Shown here piece after piece: positions 32,990-41,950 of a stretch of 64,000 nt of DNA. The position numbers were made by a program, and so were the translations under genes. Each line of letters opens with the position of its first letter. The stretch's first letter is position 1. This DNA comes from Escherichia phage GADS24: the sequence record OQ703618.1. The stretch is one strand, 5' to 3'. The notes below the pieces were generated by a model that had not been told where the DNA came from, searched no databases, and worked only from the letters and a program-made list of their open reading frames with translations.

Positions 32990-34482
32990 TATAAACCTGT
33001 CTGGGACCACGGTCCAAATACGTCTTCAAATGAATCCGCTTCTGTTTTATCAAAACGGAACCCTTTAATAATTGGAAGGAAAATACCTACAGTACCTTCA
33101 CGGCCTTTAGAATGAACCCAACCATTGCATTCGCAATCGGCGATACGTCCAATTAATTTACCTTCACGAGCTTCTGTCATTAATCGTTCACGGTCTAAAT
33201 CATGACGCTCGTCTAAAGGAATAAGAACCTTTACACCATCAACTGTTTTATGAGTTGTATCTTTAAAACCTGAACCACAATCGGTTGTAATACGACGACA
33301 ACGTGATACGAGTTCGACACCACCTAATTTGTTAGGGTCTTTAGAGTGTTCATAGTATCCTACAACTTCTAAAGCGATATCAATAACTTCTTTAAATTTA
33401 ATTAGGTTCTTAGAGCGTTTGTTTTCCCAATATGAATCACGGTTTTTAAGGATAATACCTTCAAGACCTTGGTCAACATATTTTTTATAAACCACTTTAG
33501 CTTCGTCAAGATTACGAACTAACTGATTTTCAATTGGCTCAATTCGCTTAAAGCCTTCAGCCATATTTTCAAGAGCAGCAAAACGAACATCGTATTTCTG
33601 ACCTTTAATTTTGCCATCAGAATAGACTTCATCTAAAGGAACATAGTCCCAGGCTTGAAGAACCATACCTTCCGCTTCTTTAGGAGAAATAGTCCCTTGA
33701 AGAGATTTATTTGCTAAACCATTTGAAGTGCTACGGTCTGCAACTTGTACTTCTTCGGATTCTTCATTATCACCAAATAAGAACGACAGATCATTTCCTG
33801 AGCTCACAGCCTTTTTAATATCGAATGAATGATAAACTAATTCACCATCGATTAAAACCCCATTAGGGTGTCTTTCACGAGCTTCTTTAGTCATTTCCAT
33901 TAGTTCATCCGCTAATAGAGTAAGACCGTGATATTCGTTACCGGCACGAGAAAAGAATTGAACACCATCATCGCGAACTTCAGCGAAACAACGAGCACCA
34001 TCTGCTTTTAATTGGGCAAATGCAGGCCATTTAATATTTTTAGTAATTAATTTCTCATCATATGCAGATGCTAACATCTGTGGTTGCAATTGAATAAGTC
34101 CAGGCCACACCTTATTCGCGATAGACACTGAAGCACCTACTTCAAGGTCGCGCATCATTACACGACGAAGGACTTCTACATCATCAGGTTTACCATCAGC
34201 TATATACCACATGAGCTCTTTAATTGCAGCATTACCAGTGAGTTTACGAGTGGCTAATGTGAACTCAATAAAATCCAACATGTCATCTAATTCAAGAAGT
34301 CCGTACGCTTGAGACCTTTCACCAGGTCCTGGCCATTTCTTAATATAATACTGGATACCACGTGCATATGTTAAACGATACACACGTTCAAGTAATTTGT
34401 TGTCCTTATTTTTCTTAAGGATTTCTTGTTTTGTTTTAGTAGAACCGATCGCAGCTATTTGGTTTAAAATATCTAAAATCAT
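32989..34482 (-). CDS. 30: ATP-dependent DNA ligase
   Basis: 497 aa; adenylation motif KADGARC. Confidence 0.95.
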   Translation of the reverse strand: MILDILNQIAAIGSTKTKQEILKKNKDNKLLERVYRLTYARGIQYYIKKWPGPGERSQAYGLLELDDMLDFIEFTLATRKLTGNAAIKELMWYIADGKPDDVEVLRRVMMRDLEVGASVSIANKVWPGLIQLQPQMLASAYDEKLITKNIKWPAFAQLKADGARCFAEVRDDGVQFFSRAGNEYHGLTLLADELMEMTKEARERHPNGVLIDGELVYHSFDIKKAVSSGNDLSFLFGDNEESEEVQVADRSTSNGLANKSLQGTISPKEAEGMVLQAWDYVPLDEVYSDGKIKGQKYDVRFAALENMAEGFKRIEPIENQLVRNLDEAKVVYKKYVDQGLEGIILKNRDSYWENKRSKNLIKFKEVIDIALEVVGYYEHSKDPNKLGGVELVSRCRRITTDCGSGFKDTTHKTVDGVKVLIPLDERHDLDRERLMTEAREGKLIGRIADCECNGWVHSKGREGTVGIFLPIIKGFRFDKTEADSFEDVFGPWSQTGL

Positions 34483-34748
34483 TTGATGTCCTCGATTTTG
34501 GTTACGGTTCTATTATAAGCCACTTCATCTAGAAGCGATTTCAGCGTTTTCTGATAAGTGGTAATCCATTTACCAAGACCTTCAACATAATATTCTGAAA
34601 TGTAGATGAACCCTTGTTCAACACACTCTTTAAATATTTCTGCGTCTTTTACTGAACGAAACACTGGCCAATCTCGAAAGAACATGTTAACGTGACCGTA
34701 GTCACGCGTTGTGTTTTTGCCATCTGTAATATCATGAACTACAAACAT
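34479..34748 (-). CDS. Hypothetical protein (30.1 position)
   Basis: 89-aa ORF, synteny. Confidence 0.6.
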   Translation of the reverse strand: MFVVHDITDGKNTTRDYGHVNMFFRDWPVFRSVKDAEIFKECVEQGFIYISEYYVEGLGKWITTYQKTLKSLLDEVAYNRTVTKIEDIK

Positions 34749-34757
34749 AATTAACCC

Positions 34758-35573
34758 TTAACAATTTACAGACCAAGTCCATTTGGACGAATCTAAAGGA
34801 AAGTTTTGAATCGTCCACCATGGCTGCATATTGGTTGGTCCTGGGGTTCGCCAGGTATACGGATTCGACGGAGTGCCAATTTGATTAGGCCATGCACCTG
34901 GACTTGTTGCACCAGATTCTTTAAGCAAATCCGCCAATCGTTTTAAAAGGTCTTCACGATCTGAATCTGAATTACGCTCTGGTGGAACCAAACGAGATTC
35001 AATATCATCCCATGTGTGTACGCGTTGTGCAGTACGAGGAATATCATCACGTTCACCACGAGCCAACCAATAAATCGGTACATTAAGAATTTCTGCTGCA
35101 TGGTCACAGTGATGAGCTAAATCGTCAACGTAACAAATCACGTTATATTTTGTTTTAGCTAGTTCGAATAATTGTTCCTTTGAAGAATCATGTCCACACA
35201 TCATTACTTCAGAAAAGGCGCCTGGGAACAAAGCATTCAAATTAAATTGTCTATTCAATCGAGCATCAATTGAATCACCTAGCGCCGTCACGGCTACAAA
35301 ATTATAGTCTTCTTTTAGTTTATTGATAACTCGAAGAGCATCCGAATAAGGCGCTAAGTAACGAATAAAATCAGAGCGATTATATTTTTCTATTAATTGT
35401 TTACCGAGGTTATCGTCGGTATTGAATAGTTTACCAGGAGAAATAAATTTTTCGTCCTGAATCATTTTTAAAATATGTTCTAATGGAAGATTATATTTTT
35501 GGGCAAAATAAGGAAGTCCAGATTGCCAGCTTAAACATACACCATCAATATCGGTCAAAATAGTAGGCTTCAT
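34758..35573 (-). CDS. Hypothetical protein (30.2 position), possible HAD-like fold
   Basis: 271 aa; N-terminal DIDGV motif. Confidence 0.6.
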   Translation of the reverse strand: MKPTILTDIDGVCLSWQSGLPYFAQKYNLPLEHILKMIQDEKFISPGKLFNTDDNLGKQLIEKYNRSDFIRYLAPYSDALRVINKLKEDYNFVAVTALGDSIDARLNRQFNLNALFPGAFSEVMMCGHDSSKEQLFELAKTKYNVICYVDDLAHHCDHAAEILNVPIYWLARGERDDIPRTAQRVHTWDDIESRLVPPERNSDSDREDLLKRLADLLKESGATSPGAWPNQIGTPSNPYTWRTPGPTNMQPWWTIQNFPLDSSKWTWSVNC

Positions 35574-36037
35574 AGAGAGTCTCTTAATAGGTTTAACACA
35601 TCAATAAATTCAGCTTCGGTTAGTATTGTATCATCTTTTGTTAGACCACTAGCCATGCTGTGCTTCAAAATTTTTCCTTTAGAGGCTTGTAATGCATCGC
35701 GAAAGCCCTTGTTTTGGATCGCTGCTTCAAAATATGCATTTGTATACAACTCTTTCCATGCTGCAGAGTATCTTGAAAAGGGAACTCCAATCCAGAAGAG
35801 GGTCCCACGGTCCTGAGCTCTAGCATAAGCTCGCCCAGCTTGTTGGGCGGCAAGCCCGGATAACCCAAATATACGTCTTTGTTGTTCAACATTTTTCACC
35901 TTACATCCTTGGAGAAATCCTTCAAGACCTCCGAATTGAATACCATCCATAACAAAAGGCCATTGGGCGAAATTACTTAATGCGCATGACGGCCATTTGA
36001 AATTGCTTCTTATTTCTAATTCACACATCTTTAACAC
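35570..36037 (-). CDS. NADAR/YbiA-family (DUF1768-like) protein
   Basis: 155 aa; motif ALSNFAQWPF...EGFLQGCKV resembles the YbiA/NADAR signature FSNFAAWPI...EHYFQAQKF. Confidence 0.6.
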   Translation of the reverse strand: MLKMCELEIRSNFKWPSCALSNFAQWPFVMDGIQFGGLEGFLQGCKVKNVEQQRRIFGLSGLAAQQAGRAYARAQDRGTLFWIGVPFSRYSAAWKELYTNAYFEAAIQNKGFRDALQASKGKILKHSMASGLTKDDTILTEAEFIDVLNLLRDSL

Positions 36038-36239
36038 TTATAATTTCAACATCGGCCCAATGACCGTATCCAGGTATACGGTCTTCGATAGATAAATTTC
36101 CGTCATTTTTAGGCATTTTAATTGACGTAACGTATGGTTCTAAACGGTTTTCTGCATAATATGGAAAAACGTCTGTTACACGATAAGTAACTTCGATCAT
36201 TTCCGTACCAAACAATTTCTGGATTAATTTATTCAACAT
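36021..36239 (-). CDS. Hypothetical protein
   Basis: 72-aa ORF in the co-directional operon. Confidence 0.5.
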   Translation of the reverse strand: MLNKLIQKLFGTEMIEVTYRVTDVFPYYAENRLEPYVTSIKMPKNDGNLSIEDRIPGYGHWADVEIISVKDV

Positions 36240-36426
36240 GTTTCAACCCTTTAATAGGAGATAACTCTTTACCCATACGTATGTCAGAAGTCCAATCAAC
36301 CCATTGAACAGCATACGCTTCATTGATAATTCCAGCGGCGGTTTTAAATTCAGGGAGAACTTTAAAAATCACCCCAGGAATTCCAACACCTTTTAATTGG
36401 ACTGTTTGTGCTATTAAAAATTTCAT
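36229..36426 (-). CDS. Hypothetical protein
   Basis: 65-aa ORF in the co-directional operon. Confidence 0.45.
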   Translation of the reverse strand: MKFLIAQTVQLKGVGIPGVIFKVLPEFKTAAGIINEAYAVQWVDWTSDIRMGKELSPIKGLKHVE

Positions 36427-36480
36427 ATTTTTCCACTTACTAAAGAAATCATTATACTCTAATCCATCCTTGGATGTAAA

Positions 36481-37095
36481 CTACTTAATGAAATTAATTT
36501 CTACCGGATGAACAACAGGTTGAGCAGTGATATATTGAGTAATTGCTTTCATGACTAGAGCTTCAGAACCAGGATTTTTCTCAACGAATTCACGTGCTTG
36601 GTTATGAGCTTCAAGTTCACTTAGTAAACCACTTCGTTGGCATCCACGGTCTTGAGTACCTTGTTCAGATAAAAAGACGACGATGTATTTTTCATCGTCA
36701 TACGGTTTAGACGGTTGAGCAAATGTTCCTTTACTTCCAAAAGGAGAGTTATGACGCCACATCACGCCGTGAGGAGTTTCAACCTTCGTATATTCATGCG
36801 GGCCATTTTTCTTAGTTTCTTGATGTGGAACTTCGTGGACCTTAGGGTTAGGACATTCAATAAAATGCTCATCTAAATCGGTCGAGAATATTAAAGTAAA
36901 ACAATTACTAAATTTACCAACACCTGCCTGATAAATTTTACCTTCAGAAGTTCTAATTTCACAAACTGAGCCAGCATCAGTAACTTCTAAAACTTCAAAA
37001 GGCTCGATAAGGTCATATGAGAACATGTTTTTAAGGCGTGGAGTAATATCCCCATTTTTAAAATTCATTTTATAAAAAGTATTAACTTTAAACAT
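36481..37095 (-). CDS. Hypothetical protein
   Basis: 204-aa ORF followed upstream by a hairpin terminator. Confidence 0.6.
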   Translation of the reverse strand: MFKVNTFYKMNFKNGDITPRLKNMFSYDLIEPFEVLEVTDAGSVCEIRTSEGKIYQAGVGKFSNCFTLIFSTDLDEHFIECPNPKVHEVPHQETKKNGPHEYTKVETPHGVMWRHNSPFGSKGTFAQPSKPYDDEKYIVVFLSEQGTQDRGCQRSGLLSELEAHNQAREFVEKNPGSEALVMKAITQYITAQPVVHPVEINFIK

Positions 37096-37107
37096 AATTT
37101 CCTCAAT

Positions 37108-37123
37108 GGGAGCCGAAGCTCCC
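37108..37123 (-). terminator. Hairpin GGGAGC-CGAA-GCUCCC
   Basis: 6-bp stem with tetraloop between minus-strand genes. Confidence 0.55.
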
Positions 37124-37130
37124 AGTTAAA

Positions 37131-37496
37131 TTAGATATCAAATTCGTTAAGAACTACATCAAAGATTGCTTCGAGATGTTCAGGTTTAGCTCGGTTACTC
37201 AGGATATGACGAATCCAAGTTTTAACCAGAAGTTTACGATTAACACCATTCCAGCAAGGATGAGTACCTAAATCACGTTGACGGAAATCATCATCTAATG
37301 CAATTTTGAAGTTGGAACCTTCCATTGTGATTGAAACCGTGATGCCATTTTCAAATCGCATATAAACATAATTAGGAGTCATATACTGCTCAATTTCACA
37401 TACTGAACCATTTTTATGCTTCCACAAACAAACCATATCGATAGAACCAGCGATACCGTTAGAAACATATTTACGTTCGAAGTTGATGTAGTTCAT
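37131..37496 (-). CDS. Hypothetical protein
   Basis: 121-aa ORF with its own early-promoter-like element. Confidence 0.6.
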   Translation of the reverse strand: MNYINFERKYVSNGIAGSIDMVCLWKHKNGSVCEIEQYMTPNYVYMRFENGITVSITMEGSNFKIALDDDFRQRDLGTHPCWNGVNRKLLVKTWIRHILSNRAKPEHLEAIFDVVLNEFDI

Positions 37497-37535
37497 TTTA
37501 TTCTCCAGATGTTTAAGTTGTTTGTTGGTACAGGT

Positions 37536-37566
37536 CTATAATAACATAACCTGTACCAAAGTAAAC
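37536..37566 (-). promoter_or_regulatory. Early-type promoter (family member)
   Basis: GTTTAC, 17 nt, TATTAT, then GGAGAA ribosome-binding site. Confidence 0.55.
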
Positions 37567-37569
37567 TGT

Positions 37570-37938
37570 TTATGCAACTTTAATCCAATTGTCTAAATTT
37601 AAAACACCTTTGGCTTTCATTTTTTCTATCAGGTTATCTGCTGTAATGCGTCCATTTTGATACCATGTAACATCTTCAGAGTAACCAGTTTCTTCGTCAA
37701 CGTATGTTTCTGAACGAATTTTACCGGTAATAATAGTTTTTAATTCGTATGTGTCACCTGTGAAAAAGTTTGCTAACACAATTTTCCAAGAGAAATCATC
37801 AGAAGGACCTTCAGGGGTCATACAACCTACGAACTCAAATTGCTCTTTGTATAACATCCACTGGAATTCTTTAATTTCGATAGCTTTATAACCATCGTGG
37901 TCTTTACATTTGATGTATGAGTTCAGATTGATTTTCAT
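37570..37938 (-). CDS. Hypothetical protein
   Basis: 122-aa ORF with its own early-promoter-like element. Confidence 0.6.
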   Translation of the reverse strand: MKINLNSYIKCKDHDGYKAIEIKEFQWMLYKEQFEFVGCMTPEGPSDDFSWKIVLANFFTGDTYELKTIITGKIRSETYVDEETGYSEDVTWYQNGRITADNLIEKMKAKGVLNLDNWIKVA

Positions 37939-37978
37939 TTTGTTCTCCAGGTGGTTTTATTGATTAGATGGTACAAGT

Positions 37979-38009
37979 CTATAGTAACACATCCTACAGG
38001 AGAGTAAAC
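37979..38009 (-). promoter_or_regulatory. Early-type promoter (family member)
   Basis: GTTTAC, 17 nt, TACTATAG, then GGAGAA ribosome-binding site. Confidence 0.55.
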
Positions 38010-38045
38010 ATCTTTTTAAACTTTTTCTGCCCTAAACGCACAAAA

Positions 38046-38063
38046 GGGAGACCGAAGTCTCCC
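38046..38063 (-). terminator. Hairpin GGGAGAC-CGAA-GUCUCCC after the small basic ORF
   Basis: Identical 18-mer to the copies at 14965, 53127 and 61453. Confidence 0.6.
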
Positions 38064-38068
38064 TAAAA

Positions 38069-38248
38069 TTATGCAACAACCTTTCCAAAACGAGAAGCAT
38101 CATCTCGAAGAACTGCACGTGCTCTGCGCATGATCTTCTCAACTGTTTGATTAATACGAGAGTTCGACCCACGCTTGTATCCAGCGCGTTTAGAGGTACC
38201 ATCAACTTTCTTTTCGACTGCTTTCTTTGCTTTAGCTTGTTTTGCCAT
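38069..38248 (-). CDS. Small basic protein, 59 aa (MAKQAKAKKAVEKK...)
   Basis: Hand-translated ORF below the track cutoff; Lys/Arg-rich; followed by a GGGAGACCGAAGTCTCCC hairpin terminator. Confidence 0.45.
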   Translation of the reverse strand: MAKQAKAKKAVEKKVDGTSKRAGYKRGSNSRINQTVEKIMRRARAVLRDDASRFGKVVA

Positions 38249-38613
38249 TATAAATTCTCTTTAAATGAAAATGCAGGACTTATTGACATTGCCTGCTCAA
38301 GCCCTCAAGGGGAACATAGGTTTTGGATATTTAACGACAGGATAACCATAAACCCGTCATCATACCTTATAGCTCTTATCTGTTGCACACCGTTAGCTTA
38401 AAGGTTCCGGGTCCGATTTCTCGAGGATAAGATATATACTGATGGATATATAGGCCTTGAGGCGTACTCCCGATTGGCCATCACCTCGGGGTAGCATGCA
38501 CTTACCGCTATAAGAACCACATTCAAGAGGTACACCGTAAAATTGTCGGGGTCTTAAAACTATAATGATTCGCAAATCATTAATCAGACAATTCGACGGC
38601 TCCTCGATTTAAC

Positions 38614-38862
38614 TTACTTCAGGGTAATAACAAAATGACGAACTGCTTTGCGTGCTGCAGAAGCCAGAGGCTTAGCATATTTCAATTCATCTTTCTGGAC
38701 CAGGATATCGCGAAGATCGGCTTGTGCTGGATTCAGATGTTTGAAATACTGTAAGATTTCAAGAGCTTCGGCTTCAACATCAATAGATGCACCGTAATTG
38801 TCATGACCATTATTCCATGCATGGCGTTGCAGTTCAAGAGCGTGTTGTAATTGTTTAGTCAT
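38614..38862 (-). CDS. rIII: rIII lysis inhibition accessory protein
   Basis: 82 aa, same length as T4 RIII, located next to gene 31. Confidence 0.8.
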   Translation of the reverse strand: MTKQLQHALELQRHAWNNGHDNYGASIDVEAEALEILQYFKHLNPAQADLRDILVQKDELKYAKPLASAARKAVRHFVITLK

Positions 38863-38986
38863 TTTAAATTCTCAATTCGAGATAATATTTAGTAGCCACG
38901 TTCTTCTGAATTTCACCTTCTTTCGACAAGTCTCTCAGTTGTAGGCTACTGCTTAGAAGAGTGTTCTCTTCATATAGTTATTTATA

Positions 38987-39319
38987 TCACTTATAAAGAC
39001 ATGGAATAGCTTTATAGTGGCATGTTACGAATTTCTGTTTAATTTCTTTAGGTTGTTTAAGTCCTAAAGCCACAAATGGATGTGGAACATTTCGAATTTG
39101 TCCAACTGGTAGTGGAGTCAAATCACCGACTTCAACAAAACCTTCAGGAACATCAGGACCTACAGAATGAACTACACATAGTTCAGGAACTTCACCTTGA
39201 ACACGTTTACCGATCACAAGTCCTGATTCTGTAACTTCTTCATCACCTGCTTGAGCGGGTTCAGAAACCAGAATGACATATTCACCAACAGCACGAATTG
39301 GGAGTTGTACTTCAGACAT
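38987..39319 (-). CDS. 31: Co-chaperonin for GroEL (GroES analogue)
   Basis: 110 aa (T4 gp31 111 aa); middle promoter upstream. Confidence 0.85.
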   Translation of the reverse strand: MSEVQLPIRAVGEYVILVSEPAQAGDEEVTESGLVIGKRVQGEVPELCVVHSVGPDVPEGFVEVGDLTPLPVGQIRNVPHPFVALGLKQPKEIKQKFVTCHYKAIPCLYK

Positions 39320-39349
39320 CTTATTTCCTTGTTGTTTGACGATAGATTA

Positions 39350-39374
39350 ATAATACCATACTATTCGTAAAGCA
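39350..39374 (-). promoter_or_regulatory. MotA-type middle promoter upstream of gene 31
   Basis: Minus strand reads TGCTTTA, 12 nt, TATTAT. Confidence 0.55.
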
Positions 39375-39376
39375 TA

Positions 39377-39673
39377 TTACATAAGAAGCAAACGTTCTAC
39401 CGGAGTACCATCAACCGAAATTACTTTATCAAGGCGGAAAGAACGCCACTGACCTAACTTGGTATCGAATGCTCGAACTGATTCACGAGGTTCATAACGA
39501 ACTTCTGTTGCCGGATTGTTATTTTCGTATTTGACTTCAAGTTCATCGCGCGAAGCAAACATAGTGCGTACCTCGCCGTTAGCTTTTTCAAATACAACAC
39601 AATGAACGCCTACAGACAGAATAGTTTTAATACGTTCACGAAGAACCATAGTTTCTTTTTCAGTTAAAATCAT
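39377..39673 (-). CDS. Hypothetical protein (31.1/31.2 position)
   Basis: 98 aa from the first ATG; the track ORF begins at an upstream GTG. Confidence 0.55.
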   Translation of the reverse strand: MILTEKETMVLRERIKTILSVGVHCVVFEKANGEVRTMFASRDELEVKYENNNPATEVRYEPRESVRAFDTKLGQWRSFRLDKVISVDGTPVERLLLM

Positions 39674-39674
39674 A

Positions 39675-40256
39675 TTATTCACCACAAAAGTTTCGGATTT
39701 GTTCCCAATTCAGAGAACGAAGATTATTACGAGAGTACTGAATTACTTCAATACCGGCTTGTTTAAGAATGTCTGCCCAATTTTCAGGAGATCGGTCATA
39801 TAATTCTGCATATACAACCTTTTTAATACCTGACTGTGTAATAGCTTTAGTGCAATCAGGACATGGAGAAAGTGTCGTATACAACGTAGCACCTTCAATA
39901 GAATTACCTTTACGAGCTGCAAACAAAATTGCATTCAATTCTGCATGGATTTCGTTATTAGCAGACCATGCACTATGAGCGGCCCGATGTTCTTTAGCCA
40001 AAACAAAATTATCTACCCGTCCAAATGCTGTAGTGCCTTCTTTATGTCCAGCAACTATGACCGGGCTTGGTTTATTCTTCAACCAACCATTTTCTGATGC
40101 GTGTTCACAACAGTTAACGCCACCTGCTGGTGAGCCATTATATCCAGTAGAGATAATGCGTCCATCTTTTTCAATGACGGCACCAACTTTCCATGAACAA
40201 CATTTTGATTCTTGAGAAATCAGATATGCAATCTGAAGGTATGTGCTAGCTTTCAT
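39675..40256 (-). CDS. cd: dCMP deaminase
   Basis: 193 aa; zinc-binding deaminase motifs HAELNAI and PCPDC. Confidence 0.92.
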   Translation of the reverse strand: MKASTYLQIAYLISQESKCCSWKVGAVIEKDGRIISTGYNGSPAGGVNCCEHASENGWLKNKPSPVIVAGHKEGTTAFGRVDNFVLAKEHRAAHSAWSANNEIHAELNAILFAARKGNSIEGATLYTTLSPCPDCTKAITQSGIKKVVYAELYDRSPENWADILKQAGIEVIQYSRNNLRSLNWEQIRNFCGE

Positions 40257-41248
40257 TATTGAACCTTATTAATATGAGTTAACAGCTCTTTAGTTTGTTC
40301 CCAACTGATGCACGCATCGGTAACGGAAACGCCATAGGACATATTATCAGAAATTTTTTGATTTCCTTCATGTAGGAATGATTCTATCATAATTCCTTTG
40401 ACCAAATCATTAGCTGCTAAATTTTTACCAATACCAATTTGATTGCTATAATGCCCATCAGCGTTTGCATGGCTACAGTCAACCATTACATAATGATTCA
40501 GACCTACTGCCCTTGCTTTGTTAGAAGCTTCTTGAATATCAGAAGAATGATAGTTCGGGCCGTTGGTCCCGCCACGCAATACGATATGCGTATTCTGATT
40601 ACCTTCAGCTTCAACAATGCCTACAGTACCATCGACGTCCATACCCATATACCGATGAGGCCAGGCGGCACTATACATCGCGTCTGTAGCTACTTTAATA
40701 GAACCATTGGTTGCGTTCTTGAAGCCTACGCACATCGGTAGACCTGAAGCAATTTCACGATGTGTCTGACTTTCAGTCGTACGGGCGCCAATAGCAACCC
40801 ATGAGAAAATACCAGAAAGATACTTAATCGTGAATGGGTCTAATACTTCAGTTGCTAATGGAAGTCCCATACGTAGAAGTTTACGACACAATGTTCGTGC
40901 AACTATAAGACCGTGGTTCATATCAAAACTTCCGTCAAGATATGGATCATTTACAAGACCTTTCCAACCTACGGTAGTTCGAGGCTTTTCAAAATAAACG
41001 CGCATCACTAACAGAACATTAGGAAGACGAGTTTGAAGTTCAGCCAGACGTTTGCCGTATTCAACAGCAGCAATAGGGTCATGAATTGAACAAGGACCTA
41101 CAACAATAAGTTTGCGTGGGTCTTCACCGTTCATAATCGAATTAACTTGTTCGCGATGAGAAGCCACTTGTGATGCGTAAGCTTCCGACAAAGGAATAAT
41201 CTCAGCCAGTTCTTTTGGAGAAATAAGTTTTCCGACGACAGGTAACAT
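40256..41248 (-). CDS. 3-deoxy-D-arabino-heptulosonate-7-phosphate (DAHP) synthase, class I, AroH-like
   Basis: 330 aa; strong matches to E. coli AroG/AroH motifs (GPCSIHD, MRVYFEKPRTTVGWKGL, IGARTTESQ, VGFKN, DCSHAN, ESFLHEGNQ); GC content visibly above flanking phage genes. Confidence 0.9.
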   Translation of the reverse strand: MLPVVGKLISPKELAEIIPLSEAYASQVASHREQVNSIMNGEDPRKLIVVGPCSIHDPIAAVEYGKRLAELQTRLPNVLLVMRVYFEKPRTTVGWKGLVNDPYLDGSFDMNHGLIVARTLCRKLLRMGLPLATEVLDPFTIKYLSGIFSWVAIGARTTESQTHREIASGLPMCVGFKNATNGSIKVATDAMYSAAWPHRYMGMDVDGTVGIVEAEGNQNTHIVLRGGTNGPNYHSSDIQEASNKARAVGLNHYVMVDCSHANADGHYSNQIGIGKNLAANDLVKGIMIESFLHEGNQKISDNMSYGVSVTDACISWEQTKELLTHINKVQ

Positions 41249-41370
41249 AACAATCCTTAGGAGATATAAACAGATTCTGATTCAACAATACCTTTAACCA
41301 GATTAGACAGGCTAAGTTGGTAGTGCCTCAAGATTTATGACCATTCTCGATAGTAATGAGATAGCTCTCA

Positions 41371-41607
41371 TTATAGTGTTCCATATACTCGAGTTGCTTC
41401 AACAAGACCATCACTGCCTAATTTAAGATTAGTAATTTGGTCACCATCTTTAGGATTAACGATTATGAGAAAAGAACGTGGAGATTCTTGAATAACTCGT
41501 AATGTTGCATCTTGGAAACGTTCAGACACTTTATTGATGAGTGCTTGAGCAAATTCTTTTACTTTAATCTGAAATTCGTGTACTGTAATTGGGTTTTCAC
41601 TTAGCAT
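41371..41607 (-). CDS. Hypothetical protein
   Basis: 78-aa ORF between DAHP synthase and pseT. Confidence 0.5.
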   Translation of the reverse strand: MLSENPITVHEFQIKVKEFAQALINKVSERFQDATLRVIQESPRSFLIIVNPKDGDQITNLKLGSDGLVEATRVYGTL

Positions 41608-41634
41608 TTCTATTTCCTCATTTGTTGGTAGAGT

Positions 41635-41665
41635 TATAGTATCACAACTCCACCATGTTGTAAAC
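41635..41665 (-). promoter_or_regulatory. Early-type promoter (family member)
   Basis: GTTTAC / TGATACTATA with GAGGAAA ribosome-binding site. Confidence 0.55.
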
Positions 41666-41667
41666 CA

Positions 41668-41943
41668 TTAAATTGCTTTGCATTCAATTTTTTGTGTACC
41701 AAAATTGATATCACATTGGATAACTAAATCGCCGTCAAGATCAAATACCACTATGGCGTGTGCAGACCCAGGGAGAAGAGTAATAGCAATAGAATCTACT
41801 TGGTCCGGGAGCAAAGCATTGAGTACATGAGTTAGCTGAGCATGAACTCTGAGTTCGGCTGCATTATCAAGCACTTCAAACATATTATTAGCAATAATCT
41901 GACTGAAGACTACCTTTACAATTTCAGAATAAGTTGGGAACAT
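41668..41943 (-). CDS. Hypothetical protein
   Basis: 91-aa ORF with an early-promoter-like element upstream. Confidence 0.5.
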   Translation of the reverse strand: MFPTYSEIVKVVFSQIIANNMFEVLDNAAELRVHAQLTHVLNALLPDQVDSIAITLLPGSAHAIVVFDLDGDLVIQCDINFGTQKIECKAI

Positions 41944-41950
41944 AATTACC

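Noticed and set aside
38283-38288. Perfect TTGACA -35 hexamer on the plus strand
   Set aside because: No acceptable -10 element at 16-18 nt spacing, so not called as a promoter
38147-38401. 84-aa plus-strand ORF
   Set aside because: Overlaps the minus-strand small basic gene and terminator in antisense, low-complexity hydrophobic translation, no ribosome-binding site; likely a shadow ORF
38393-38575. 60-aa minus-strand ORF in the rIII-proximal gap
   Set aside because: Starts at TTG, has no ribosome-binding site and a non-protein-like composition; the region is better explained as non-coding
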